DNA from: Anthoceros angustus
Taxonomy: Eukaryota; Plantae; Anthocerotophyta
Direction of reading: 5' to 3'
Length of the DNA: 64,000 nucleotides
Assembly (NCBI GenBank): GCA_010909165.1
Contig: VJWM01000119.1
Span: forward strand, 744,001-808,000
Program-made: the position numbers and the translations under genes
Shown: piece by piece, positions 1 to 11,599 of the stretch
Position numbering within the stretch: position 1 is the first letter of the stretch
Layout of the letters: each line of letters opens with the position of its first letter
The notes under the pieces: generated by a model
The model's database searches: none
Told to the model about the DNA's origin: nothing
The model's input: only the letters and a program-made list of their open reading frames with translations

Positions 1-3000
1 CCTGCTACCATTCTCTGTGTTTCAATCCTGTCTACATCGGTCCACCTACCTGCATCTGCATAGGCATTGGCCATGAGCACATATGCCGATGCACTCTGAG
101 GCTCCAGAGCCACGACTTTCAAAACACCACTCCTCTATATCCCCGTGACTTTTGCAGGCATTCAGCAAAGACGTCAAACCACAACATTGCTTTGGCTCAC
201 ATGATAACAGCATGTCTCTGCCTCATCTAAATGGCCTGCACGCCCAAGAAGATCAATCATGCAATTGTAATGCTCAAGTAGGTTTGATGCCATGCTGTTC
301 AGCCATGGAATCAAAGTGCTTGCGACCCTCATTCACCAGTCCCATGACTGCATGCTACTAGAAGGCAAGTAAAAGTAGCATCATCAGGCTGAATACACCA
401 ACGACTAACATCTCCTCAAAACAAGCTAGTGCTGTGACCTTCATCACAAGTACCACACCCAGATATCAGGGCATTCCATGTCACCACATCCTTTGTGAAG
501 CTGTCAAAACCTGCGTGCATCCAGTTCACCACATTTTGCATACATGTCCACCAGGCAGTTGCCCACAGTATGTTACCAGCAGTCCTCTTTCCACAATCTG
601 TGAGTGCAGCTGCCTGCCCTTCTGTAAGGCACCAGCTTGCACAGGCCTTCAGAAGGCAAGCAAAAGTGACATGGTCAGCCACAATCAGGCCCTCCTTCTC
701 CATTTGTCCATACAGAACAAGTGCCTCTTCACCGAGCCCATGATTGGCATACCCAGCTATCAGGGCCGTCCATGTCACCAGATTTTTCCCCAGCTGTCAA
801 AAACCAAAAACCTGCGTGCATCTTCCAGTTCGCCACATTTTGCATACATGTCCACCAGACAGTTACCACCAGTATGTTGTTCAGCTGTCCTCGTTCCACA
901 ATCTGTGAGTGCAGCTGCCTGCCCTTCTGTAAAGCACCAGTGCTTGCACAGGCCTTCAGAAGGCAAGCAAAAGTAACATGGTTACCCACAACCAGGCCCT
1001 CCTGCTCCATTTGTTCATACAAAACAAGCGCCTGTTGGCTGAGCCCATGATTGGCATACCCAGCTATCAGGGCCGTCCATGTCACCACATCCTTTGTGGC
1101 CAAGCTGTCAAAACCTGCATCTTCCAGTTCACACTTTGCATACATGTCCACCAGGCAGTTGCCCACAAGTATGTTATCCAGCAGTCCTCTTCAACAATCT
1201 GTGAGTGCAGCTGCCTGCCCTTCTGTAAGGCACCAGTGCTTGCACAGGCCTTCAGAAGGCAAGCAAAAGTAACATGGTCAGCCAAAACCAGGCCCTCCTG
1301 CTCCATTTGTCCATACAAAACAAGCGCCTGATTGCCCATACATCCAGCAATCAGGGCATTCCATGTCACCACATCCTTTGTGGCCAAGCTGTCAAAAACC
1401 TGGCGTGCATCTTCCAGTTCACCACATTTTGCATACATGTCCACCAGGCAAGTACCACTGTATCCAGCAGTCCTCTTTCCACAATCTGTGAGTGCAGCTG
1501 CCTGCCCTTCTGTAAGGCACCAGTGCTTGCACAGGCCTTCAGAAGGCAAGCAAAAGTGACATGGTCAGCCACAATCAGGCCCTCCTGCTCCATTTGTCCA
1601 TACAGAAAAGCGCCTCTTGACCAAGCCCATGATTTGCATAACCACCAATCAGGGCATTCCATGTCACCAACTTTTGTGAAGCTGTCAAAAACCTGTGTGC
1701 ATCTTCCAGTTCGCCACATTTTGCATACATGTCCACCAGGCAAGTGCCCACACGTACCTGGTCTACATGGGCTGTTTCAACAATCTGTGAGTGTAGCTGC
1801 CTGCCCTCTGTAAGTCACCAATGCTTGCACAGGCCTTCAGAAGGCAAGCAAAAGTAACCTCGTCAGCCAACCAGTCCCTCCTGCTCCATTTGTCCATACA
1901 AAACAAGCGCCTCTTGACCAAGCCCATGACCTGTGCAATCAGGGCATTCCATGTCACCACATCCTTTTTTGGCCAAGCTGTCAAAAACCTGGCCTGCATC
2001 TTCCAGTTCTCAAATTTTGCATACATGTCCACCAGGCAAGTGCCCACAAGTGTATTCTCTAGCTGTCCTCTTTCCACAATCTGTGAGTGCAGCTGCCTGC
2101 CCTTCTGTAGGGCACCAGCTTGCACAGGCCTTCAGAAGGCAAGCAAAAGTGACATGGTCAGCCACAATCAGGCCCTCCTGCTCCATTTGTCCATACAGAA
2201 CAAGTGCCTCTTCACCGAGCCCATGATTGGCATACCCAGCTATCAGGGCCGTCCATGTCACCACATTTTTGGCCAAGCTGTCAAAAACCTGCGTGCATCT
2301 TCCAGTTCGCCACATTTTGCATACATGTCCACCAGACAGTTACCCACCAGTATGTTGTTCAGCTGTCCTCGTTCCACAATCTGTGAGTGCAGCTCCCTGC
2401 CCTTCTGTAAAGCACCAGTGCTCGCACAGGCCTTCAGAAGGCAAGCAAAAATAACATGGTTACCCACAACCAGGCCCTCCCGCTCCATCTGTTGATACAA
2501 AGCAAGCGCCTGTTGGCTGAGCCCATGATTAGCATACCCATCTATCAGGGCCGTCCATGTCACCACATCCTTTGTGGTCAAGCTGTCAAAAACCCTGCGT
2601 GCATCTTCCAGATCACCACATTTTGCATACATGTCCACAAGGCAGTTGCCGACAAATAAGTTAGGAGGAATGCCACTGCGCAAAACATCACAGTGCACAG
2701 TTTTCCCAGATTCCAAGTCCGCAGCAAACGCACAAGCTTGAAGGGCAGCTACAAAGACGTGACCATTCGCCTTCACACCCAAGTTACGCATCTTATGGTA
2801 CAGTTGAATGGCCTCATTCGGCTTCCCATGTTTAGCATGTGCAGAGATAATGGAAAACCACATGAAAGCATCTGGCTTTCCCACACTGGTGAACACATCC
2901 ATGGCCTCCTGTAGCCTACCCCCACATGCATACATGCGCAAGACATGGTTCCCCAAGTATGTGTTTGACTCGTACCCAAGTTTGACAGTGAGACAGTGAA

Positions 3001-3652
3001 CTCTTCGCCCCAGAACCAGATCCTTCTTAGCTGCACACTGTTCGAGCACAGTATAGAAAAGAGACTGAGAAATAGGACTTTCTGTCTCCACCAGAGATTC
3101 CAGGGCTCCGACGGCCTCAGTAAGCTTCCCCTGCTGACATAACGTGCTCACAGTGACAGCCGTGATCACGCCGATTTCCGATCCTGCCCGACTGCAGGGC
3201 TCGGGAATATCCAGAGAGCTCGACTTGGAGGGAGACGCACCATGACCTATCTGAATATCCAAAGAAAGGAGCTGCTCTTCCACCCAAGGAGGCTTGAACA
3301 TGCTGTTTAACCAGAGCACCTCGCCAGACCCCTTACGCCAGAAGTCAGGCGAACGGGGACTCTGCTTTCCTCTCCTGTTATCCCACCACATGGCAGGGTC
3401 CAGAAAAAATTGTCGCCATAGGCGGTCCTGCTTCTGCTCTTCCTCCTGGCGACCACCATCGGTAGAAAATCCTTCCGTAACCATCCATTCTCTCGGAACT
3501 ACTGCGTTCCACACACTGCTGCTCCTGAAGGCTCGGTTGTTTGTCATAGCTTGACTCGCTAAGGTGAGGTGAGCGGGAGCTCCCGGCAGAATTCCTGTAG
3601 AGCCACCAATGTGTTGCGTCCACAACGAATCGGGTTGCCATAGTGTAGCCAT
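1..3652 (-). CDS. PLS-class PPR protein (copy B), OSB-like PDF motif at the N-terminus; frameshifted below ~2290; DYW domain lies beyond the window start
   Basis: ATG at 3652 (MATLWQPD) matches the starts of the paralogs. WWDNRRGKQSPRSPDFWRKGSGEVLWL motif, then P/L/S repeats in many broken frames. P2-L2-S2-E1-E2 occupy ~490-1 (DRIETQRMVAG at the window edge). Many single-base deletions plus an internal ~1.48 kb duplication. Confidence 0.85.
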
Positions 3653-4544
3653 CTTACAGGCCCCGATCTCGGAAGATGAGACGCACAAGCAACTAAGCAG
3701 GCTGTAGCAGGGTGCCCACCTAACAGCAAAACCAAAAATGAAATCCTCGTATCGTGCAACATCAACATCAGAACAGACGGAGGAGGTTGTGGGTGCCCGG
3801 GCCCCTTACCAAGCAAGGATTACAAGGGGATCGGCATGATTCTGATAGTTGTCCACATGACATCGACTGTATCGAGAAAGCAGACTTAACGTTAAGTGTA
3901 TGATGCAGGTATTGCGGGGTTGGCCACCTGGAATGGGCCATCTCGGGGTTGATCAAGATCGGCATCCGGGAATGAGTCCGCCAAGCTTGTGGTTTGCTGT
4001 CTTCAAAACGAGCCAGCTGGGCAAATGTGTGAAAAGGCCACAAGGACAATTTCCATTCGCCGGAGTTGCCACCAAGCTCCAACACTTGTGACTGAACTGT
4101 AATTTGCTGGATTGCCCTCCGGAGATTCCATTCTTCGACACGATGAAAAGGCTCAAATTGAGCAGGATGGATGGAAAGCTCCTTGGGTTTCTCTCCTTGC
4201 AAAGCGCTGCCCGTAATTTCTAAGACTTGAAGGAATTCCATTGACCTGGTAGGCTTTTTGGGCAAGCTGATGCTCATGAGGCTATTAACACCCGCTACTA
4301 GCCGAACGTCAAGTCACATCGGGCATGTGTGGATCCTCAAGCACAGCCTGTACAGGAATGGGGTCCTCGGCTGTCAGCTCTGTGGTGTGGGCAAGGGCTG
4401 GGAGCAGGTGGTCCAAATTGAAACGTTTCTATTCAAATTTCATCAGAGTAGACGTGTATTACATATTAGCAGGTAAACCTCACGATGAGGTTAATCTAAC
4501 TTTGCCTACCTGAAAAGCACGAAAGTCCAAAGACTATTGATCAA

Positions 4545-4892
4545 CTAATCTTCCTCATCGGTAAATGCATCCCCGCAATCTGCACCGAGGTGATCGGGGA
4601 GCTGGTCGCCACCCCAATGTAAGATGGAGGTCAATCTTTCCACCATGCATTCCTCTCCCTGATGATTGATAAGAAAAGTTGGAGCATTATTGATCAATAT
4701 CTGAATTGACGGAAGTCGTTCAATCACATTGTTGACAAGTGTCTGTCCCGTTGGTACAGCAAACCCAAGAGCCTGAATTCGCACGGTAGATTGACGTGAT
4801 TGCTGAAGATGATTTATTGCCATACCCATCTTCCTTTCCAGTGCTGCGGAAGAACAACCAGCAGTAACTCGAATTTCCAAATTATTGGCCAT
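4545..4892 (-). CDS. Small Alba-domain (DNA/RNA-binding) protein, 115 aa, divergent and intronless
   Basis: MANNLEIRVTAG...MAINHLQQSRQSTVRIQALGFAVPTGQTLVNNVIERLPSI matches the Alba pattern EIRIT...YA..LL......V..[KS]A[ML]G.AI...V.I.E.L..R.P. Acidic tail. The upstream part of the ORF-track ORF is AT-rich non-coding sequence. Confidence 0.65.
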   Translation of the reverse strand: MANNLEIRVTAGCSSAALERKMGMAINHLQQSRQSTVRIQALGFAVPTGQTLVNNVIERLPSIQILINNAPTFLINHQGEECMVERLTSILHWGGDQLPDHLGADCGDAFTDEED

Positions 4893-7359
4893 TTTCCTTA
4901 AAGAAAGAAGAAAAAGTATGTCAGCTAAAACATGGAATATACAAAAAAAATCAAAATTAAAAACTATATTTACAACTATAAAAACTATATCTATGAAAGG
5001 GATGGAACTAGAAAAATAAATGAACAAAAAATATGATATACACACCACACTCAAGTTTGAAAACAAGCAAGAAGAACCAAAAATATCCTAAACAGAATGC
5101 AAGTAGAAGTTGATTTGATTGGACATTTGCACCTTCATATATAGGCCAAGGATGTCAAATACATCGATAGCTTTGCTGTAAAAAAACTTATTGAATGTAT
5201 GTTTTCCTTCGCTTTGGATTATTCAACATATATGACTTTCTCTACCAGATAGACTACAATTGATCAATTTTTTATTAGAATAATAAGAGTACATTTAATA
5301 ATAAGATCCTTGGACTTATCCTTGGAAGGAAACTCTATCCTTGGAAACTCATTGTTTGTTGCAAGTCGTCACTAAAATGATAATCATAAAGAACATGTTC
5401 GTAAGTGCAAATGGTGCTAGTAGGCATAAGGTGCATGGGAAGTTAGGGTCGAGATCGATTGCCATAGTGCAGTGCTTCCAAAAAGGACAATTATTTAAAA
5501 GGCGTTTCTAAAAGAACAATTACATAAAAGGTGCTATGTAATAGATATAATGCATGCACCAAAAGTCAAACCCACGATAGGTTGCTCCAAGTGGCATTCA
5601 TAAAAACACAATTAGATTGCACTCTCCATGTGATATGATTGTTATAGTGTCCTAGCTTCTCATCAAGAGGACAATTGTGTATGTAAAGGATGTTACATAG
5701 TCGGTAGAATATGTACAAGAAATCACTCCCGAAATACATAGATTACTCTAAGTGGTATTGATATGAAGAAAACAATAAGATTCCACTCTTCGTGTGATAT
5801 TCATCCATATAACACATATTTACATATAACTTGGTTTATGAGTGGTATTCATACACTCTTTGTGTGATAGTCATCCATATAACACATAGATATACATATA
5901 ACTTGGTTTATATGTGTGTAACATTTATGTCAAACTCTATTATATATTCAGCTCAGTATCTATAAAATAAGCGCTACGAAGAAGACCAACTTAGTTTAAC
6001 ATCAGTAAAAAAAACTTAATCTTAATTGTTCTTAAACAACTTTTTTTATTCTTGATTTAATTTTTTTTACAAAGACGAACCTTCATAATAATCTAGTTGG
6101 TTAGAAGCTCTTCAAGATCTTCAAGCATTACGATATATATCTACTCCATGGTTGGAGTTTCCATATCCTCGACATCGTGGGGTTAGAGTCTTTTCTCCAA
6201 CCCTAAATAAAGACATTCAAATACGACTTTTTTTGGAAGTCGTAATTCATAAGGATGTGGCTTGAGGTTACATTGTAAGTCTTATAATACTAAGACAGAT
6301 TTTTCAGCTTCCCCAACATGCACATGTGATCCAGCATTTTACTCATAAGAACGAGTTCTTTGTTTAATAAGGCGAAAACAAGGATGGGAAGAAGCCCATC
6401 CAGCTGAGGACAACCAATGAGGACCCCAAAGGAAAGATTAAAAAAAAAAAAAATTCCACCTAAAATTACCTACTACTCCCAAACATCATATGCAGGAAGA
6501 ACAATAGAGATTCAAACCACAGGAAGAGAGGAAACATACTCATAAGATTGCAGCCGACTTTGTAGCATGCATTTAGTCGGATAGACTGCTCGAAGACTGT
6601 AGCACATGTCTCAACGCGCGTTCCTCCATATCCTGGACTTGGTGCAAAGGGCTTTGCAGGCCCTCCGTATCAGCGACGGGTTCTGCAAAGGTGACTACAC
6701 TGAGCTAGGGTAACCAGGGCACAAGACAGCGCAAGGAGTCCGAGGAAGTAACCGCCGTTTCAATGCCCGGCCGGGAAAGAAGTTTCAAAACTTGTTAAGC
6801 TTCCTGGACTCTCGGATACTGTGCATCCTCTACGCCCAGAATCGAATTGGGTTGAAAGCTCGGCATGTGAGGAAAGCGGTGGCCACACCCGGGACTGCAC
6901 TTCCATCAGAATGGGTTTTGATGTGTCCAAAGGCCAGCTCAATTCTATGCAGTCCCCGACACGTCTAACACGAAAAACTCTATCCATGATACCAGTCTGC
7001 ACGATGTTCATGAATACGTCAAGCTCGGTTCCGGCGTTCGATCTTTAGGATGAGTCACCTGCAGAAGTAAAATCATATGTACCTGTATCAAAATAAAAGA
7101 TCACTCAAACGTAGACAGCGAGGTTGCGCTCATCTACAGACACAATCCTGAGCAGCCCAGCCAGACACTTGCAACCCATCAGGTACACGTCACGAACAAT
7201 GCAAAGGAGCGTGGTTACAGGTACCTGCACAGGTGAAATGAAGTTCATATCAAATCCTTCGCTCAGTCCCACTTCCTGTTGGAACCGACTGCTGATTCTT
7301 GCCCGGACTCCCACATGCAACATTTCCCTTGCTGGGCAATCGCTACTACATCTTCATTC

Positions 7360-10278
7360 TCACGGTCGACTGTTACAGCTGCAGCAACCACCAGCAAATC
7401 GATGGACACGGTACCCATCCCTTACCACAATGTCCCTCTTTTCCACCCTTGACATAATCTCCGTAGAGCTGTGGCAGTCACTGCACATGCGTAGGTTCTT
7501 CGTTACTACCAGAGGTGTGCCGTTCGGTGTGTTCAAGAGACCAAACGCCAGAGCCAGCTTCTCAGCATGCCCACATAGCACATCTTCCTTTTCCTTCTCA
7601 GTCAGTGGCTTCAGAACCAACTTTGTGTGTGGTACATGGCCGCCTTCCTGCTTCAGACGCGCATTCATGCTCTCTACCTTGGGCGCAATATCATCTCTGT
7701 TTTCTCCCACCACAAACGTATGCACCTGCTTCTTCACCTCAATGCCTGCCACTGCTGGTTTCTTATTAGCTCCTGCTACCATTCTCTGCGTTTCAATCCT
7801 GTCTACATCGGTCCACCTACCTGCATCTGCAAAGGCGTTGGCCATGAGCACATATGACGATGCGCTCTGAGGCTCCAGCCTAACGAGACTTTCAAAACAC
7901 CTTGTCGCCCTTTCCACATCCCCGTGACTTTTGCAGGCATTCAGCAAAGACGTCAACCCAACAACATTGCTTTGGCTCTCAAATGATAATAGCATGTTCT
8001 CTGCTTCATCTAAATGGCCTGCACGCCCCAGAAGATCAATCATGCAATTGTAGTGCTCAATACTAGGTGTGATACCATGTTGTTCCACCATGGAATCAAA
8101 GTACTGGTGACCCTCTTTCACCAGACCTTCATGACTGCATGCTGCTAACAGGCAAGTGAAAGTAGCATCGTTAGGCTGAATACCGGCAACTAACATCTCC
8201 TCAAAACAAGATATTGCATTGTGACCTTCATCACAAGTTCCATACCCACCTATCAGGGCATTCCATGTCACCACATCTTTTGTGGCAAGCCTGTTAAAAA
8301 CCTGGCGTGCAGCTTCCAACTCACCACATTTTGCATACATGTCCACCAGGCAGTTGCCCAGCACTAAGTTATCTAGCTGTCCCCTTTCCACAATCTGTGA
8401 GTGCAGCTCCCTGCCCATCTGCAGGGCACCTGCGCTTCCACAGGCCTTCAGAAGGCACGCAAAAGTAACCTCGTCAGCCACGATCAGGCCCTCCTCCTCC
8501 ATTTGTCCATACAGGACAAGTGCCTTTTGGCCCAGCCCATAATTTGCATACCCAGCAATCAGGGCATTCCATGTCACCACATCCTTGGCAGCAAGGCTGT
8601 CGAAAACATTGTGTGCATCTTCCAGTGCGCCACACTTTGCATACATGTCCACCAGGCAGTTGCCCACCAGTAAGTTGTCTAGCTGCCCTCTTTCCACAAT
8701 CTGTGAGTGCAGATGCCTTCCCGTCTGTAGGGCACCAGCACTTGCACATGACTTCAGCAGGCAAGCAAAAGTTACATGGTTGCCCACAATCAGACCCTCT
8801 TGCTCCATTTGTTCATACAGAAGAAGGGCCTCTTGGTAGAGCCCGTGATTTGCATACCCAGCTATCAGGGCCGTCCATGTAACCACATTTTTTGTGGCCA
8901 AGCTCTGAAAAACCCGGAGTGCATCTTTGAATTCGCCACACTTTGCATACATGTCCACCAGACAAGTGCTCACAAGTATGTTGTCTGCCTCCCCTCTTTC
9001 CACAAGCTGTGAGTGCAGCTGCATGCCCTGCTGTAAGGCACCAGCGCTTGCACAGGCTTTCAGAAGGCATACAAAAGTTACATGGCTACCCACAATCAGG
9101 CCCTCCTGCTCCATTTGTCCGTAAAGAACAAGCGCCTCGTGGCCATATCCATTATCCGCATAGCCAGCGATGAGTGCATTCCATGTCACCACATCTTTGG
9201 TGGCCAAGCTATCAAAAACCCTGCGTGCATCTTCCAGTTTGCCACATTTCGCATACATGTCAACAAGGCAGTTACCGACAAACAAGTTAGGAGGAATGCC
9301 ACTGTGCAACACATCACCGTGCACTTTTCTGCCAGATTCCACGTCCGCAGCAAATGCACAAGCTTGAAGGGCAGCTACAAAGACGTGAGCATCCGCCTTC
9401 ACACCTGAGCTACGCATCTCATGGTACAGTTGTATAGCCTGCTTAGGCTTCCCATGTTTAGCATGTGCGGAGATAATGGAAAACCACATGAAGGCGTCTG
9501 GATCACCCACCCTGTCGAACACATCCATGGCGTCCTCTAGTCTACCTGCACACGCATACATGCGTAAGATATGGTTCGCCAAGTACGTACTTGACTCATA
9601 CCCAAGTTTGACAGTGAGCTCATGAACTCGTCGCCCCATAACCAGGTCCTTCTTCGCTGCACACAGTTTCAGCACAGTATAAAAGACAGACTGAGGGATG
9701 GGACACTTTGTTTGTGCCAGAGATTCCAAGGCTCCGACGGCCTCAGTAAGCTTGCCCTGCTGACATGACGTGCTAACGGTTACAGCCGTCAGCACGCCCA
9801 TTTTCGGTCCTTCACACCTGCCAGGCCCAGGCTTGTTCGGAGAGCTCGACTTGGAAGGAGAGGCGCCATGACCCATCTGCATATCCAAAGAAACGAGCTG
9901 CTCATCCACCCAAGCTGGCTTGAACATGCTGTTTAACCAAAGGACCTCGCCGGACCCCTTACGACAGAAGTCAGGCCAACGGGAGCTCTCCTTACCTCTC
10001 CTGTTATCCCACCACATGGCAGGGTCCAGAAAATATTGCCGCCACAAGAGCTCCTGTTCCTGGTGCTGCTCCTGGCGGCCAAAATCGCAGGAAAATCCCT
10101 CCATACCCATCCATTTAGTGGGAAGTGCTGGATTCCTTACACTGCTGCACCTGGAGGCTTGGCTGTTTGCGAGCGGTTGACTCAGTAAGGTGAAGTGAGC
10201 GGGTGCTCCTCCTGGTGTCCCTGTACACCCGCCAATTTGTTGGGTCCACAACGGATCCGGTTGCCATATTATGGCCAT
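7360..10278 (-). CDS. Intact PLS-PPR-E1-E2-DYW:KP protein (copy A, 972 aa), candidate organellar U-to-C RNA editing factor
   Basis: Uninterrupted ORF from ATG 10278 (MAIIWQPD). PDF motif, 3 homogenised PLS triplets, KPAVAGIEV box, CGHAEKLA, CSDCH, HRF..GCCSCNSRP end. Confidence 0.93.
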   Translation of the reverse strand: MAIIWQPDPLWTQQIGGCTGTPGGAPAHFTLLSQPLANSQASRCSSVRNPALPTKWMGMEGFSCDFGRQEQHQEQELLWRQYFLDPAMWWDNRRGKESSRWPDFCRKGSGEVLWLNSMFKPAWVDEQLVSLDMQMGHGASPSKSSSPNKPGPGRCEGPKMGVLTAVTVSTSCQQGKLTEAVGALESLAQTKCPIPQSVFYTVLKLCAAKKDLVMGRRVHELTVKLGYESSTYLANHILRMYACAGRLEDAMDVFDRVGDPDAFMWFSIISAHAKHGKPKQAIQLYHEMRSSGVKADAHVFVAALQACAFAADVESGRKVHGDVLHSGIPPNLFVGNCLVDMYAKCGKLEDARRVFDSLATKDVVTWNALIAGYADNGYGHEALVLYGQMEQEGLIVGSHVTFVCLLKACASAGALQQGMQLHSQLVERGEADNILVSTCLVDMYAKCGEFKDALRVFQSLATKNVVTWTALIAGYANHGLYQEALLLYEQMEQEGLIVGNHVTFACLLKSCASAGALQTGRHLHSQIVERGQLDNLLVGNCLVDMYAKCGALEDAHNVFDSLAAKDVVTWNALIAGYANYGLGQKALVLYGQMEEEGLIVADEVTFACLLKACGSAGALQMGRELHSQIVERGQLDNLVLGNCLVDMYAKCGELEAARQVFNRLATKDVVTWNALIGGYGTCDEGHNAISCFEEMLVAGIQPNDATFTCLLAACSHEGLVKEGHQYFDSMVEQHGITPSIEHYNCMIDLLGRAGHLDEAENMLLSFESQSNVVGLTSLLNACKSHGDVERATRCFESLVRLEPQSASSYVLMANAFADAGRWTDVDRIETQRMVAGANKKPAVAGIEVKKQVHTFVVGENRDDIAPKVESMNARLKQEGGHVPHTKLVLKPLTEKEKEDVLCGHAEKLALAFGLLNTPNGTPLVVTKNLRMCSDCHSSTEIMSRVEKRDIVVRDGYRVHRFAGGCCSCNSRP

Positions 10279-10679
10279 CCTGCAGCCACCGCTCTCGGAA
10301 GATGGACGCACAACAAACTATCCTGCTACGGTATGGTGCTGGGCGTGCTAGGCTGATGATATTCGTCGAGTTTTACTTCAGACAAATTATGGAAGTCATG
10401 TTCCAAGGACTTCGTATGAAAGCCTTCAAGGCACATTGACGGACATGAACAAACGATCACTCCGCCCTCGACAGCATCGTCCCGCCTGCATCGAGAACAG
10501 AGCAGGAAGCCCCACATGCGTGGGAAAATTGTCAATGGGTCGATCGAGGACGGCAGTCCCGCAACATCGTGAGATCACACTATCCAACTTGGTATTATTT
10601 GGTTAGTGGGAGGCCCGCACAGAAGCCCACACTATGCCCAAGTTTGTAAGCTTCATACAGTTTGTAAGCTTTGGTGACG

Positions 10680-10880
10680 GCTTCATCTGGTTTGTCCACC
10701 ATGCTCAGCACTGACATAACTTCTTTCAACCTGCCATGAAAAGCATACATTCGCAGGATGTGGTTGCATTATAAGAACGTATCCGATGCTAAAGGTAATA
10801 TCAGGACATTCCTGAAATTTGTTTGTAAGTTATCCCTCAAGCGGACCAGGGTTTTGCAGTACTGGTGAAAGGCACACTGA
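10680..10880 (-). pseudogene. PPR relic (N-terminal S-type motif of the cluster family)
   Basis: Minus-strand translation gives ASDTFL*CNHILRMYAFHGRLKEVMSVLSMVDKPD, homologous to NHILRMYAC.GRL.EAMDVF..V.KPD. Confidence 0.7.
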
Positions 10881-10899
10881 ATGAAAGGCAGGAGTGCTT

Positions 10900-11470
10900 G
10901 GCCATGTGCATCTACTGGGGTATGCAACAAGGTGGCAATGGTTGCACTCGATTCTGGCACGATTCTTTCCCCCCTGCAGGCTTGTGCAACTGTGGGCAAC
11001 CAGGCTGTGGTGAATGGGAGGCAGGTTCATGCACAAATCAGAGAAGTGAGGACTTGACGCAGCTAATCTTGTAGCAAACAGTTTGGTGAACACGTGTGCA
11101 AAGTGTGGCAGCCTAGAGGATGCTCAGGGCGTGCCAAGTGGGATGCCATTATCGCAGAGCTTTCACAGAATGGAAGTGGGCATGAAGCCCTCAGCATAGG
11201 GCTATGCACGAGGAAGGCATTGTTGCACCCAATTCCTTGACATTTGTTTGATGATTCGCTGGTAGCCAGCAGGCTGATAGACAAATATGGAAATCCGGTA
11301 GCATGGTTGATGCTCGACCGGTGTTTGAGGCACTGGCCCAAAGAGACGTTCTCACCTCGACTGCGCTGATCGCAGGATACACCCGTCAAGGAGACAGTCA
11401 AGAGGTCTTTGACTTGGTCCACAGGATGAAAGAGGATGGCATACGGCCAGACGGCTTTCGGAAGTGGTCA
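10900..11470 (+). pseudogene. Plus-strand PLS-PPR relic of a different subfamily
   Basis: Broken frames give LQACATVGN..GRQVHAQI, VANSLVNTCAKCGSLEDA, WDAIIAELSQNGSGHEAL and LIDKYGKSGSMVDARPVFEALAQRDVLTSTALIAGYTRQGDSQEVFDLVHRMKEDGIRPD. Confidence 0.75.
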
Positions 11471-11599
11471 TAGAAGTTGCCTACGAAAGTCCAACTTCTG
11501 GCAAAAGACTTTTGTAGGCATCTCGTATGTCTATCATCAAGCCTTGGACAAATAAAATCTTGAACATGTAAGGTCTTTTTTTGGCGGTCACCTGAACAT

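Noticed and set aside
3768-4470. Possible LRR/F-box-associated relic on the minus strand (MEFLQVLEITG, LELGGN), perhaps with 6600-7050
   Set aside because: Only two weak LxxLxL-like segments and no coherent gene model.
4893-5066. Hydrophobic 'transmembrane' N-terminal extension of the 173-aa ORF
   Set aside because: Starts at a non-ATG codon and is translated T-rich intron/UTR-like sequence.
10279-10311. Non-ATG upstream starts for copies A and B (10311, 3688)
   Set aside because: The ATG at MAxxWQPD is conserved in all four paralogs; the extensions are not in frame across all copies.
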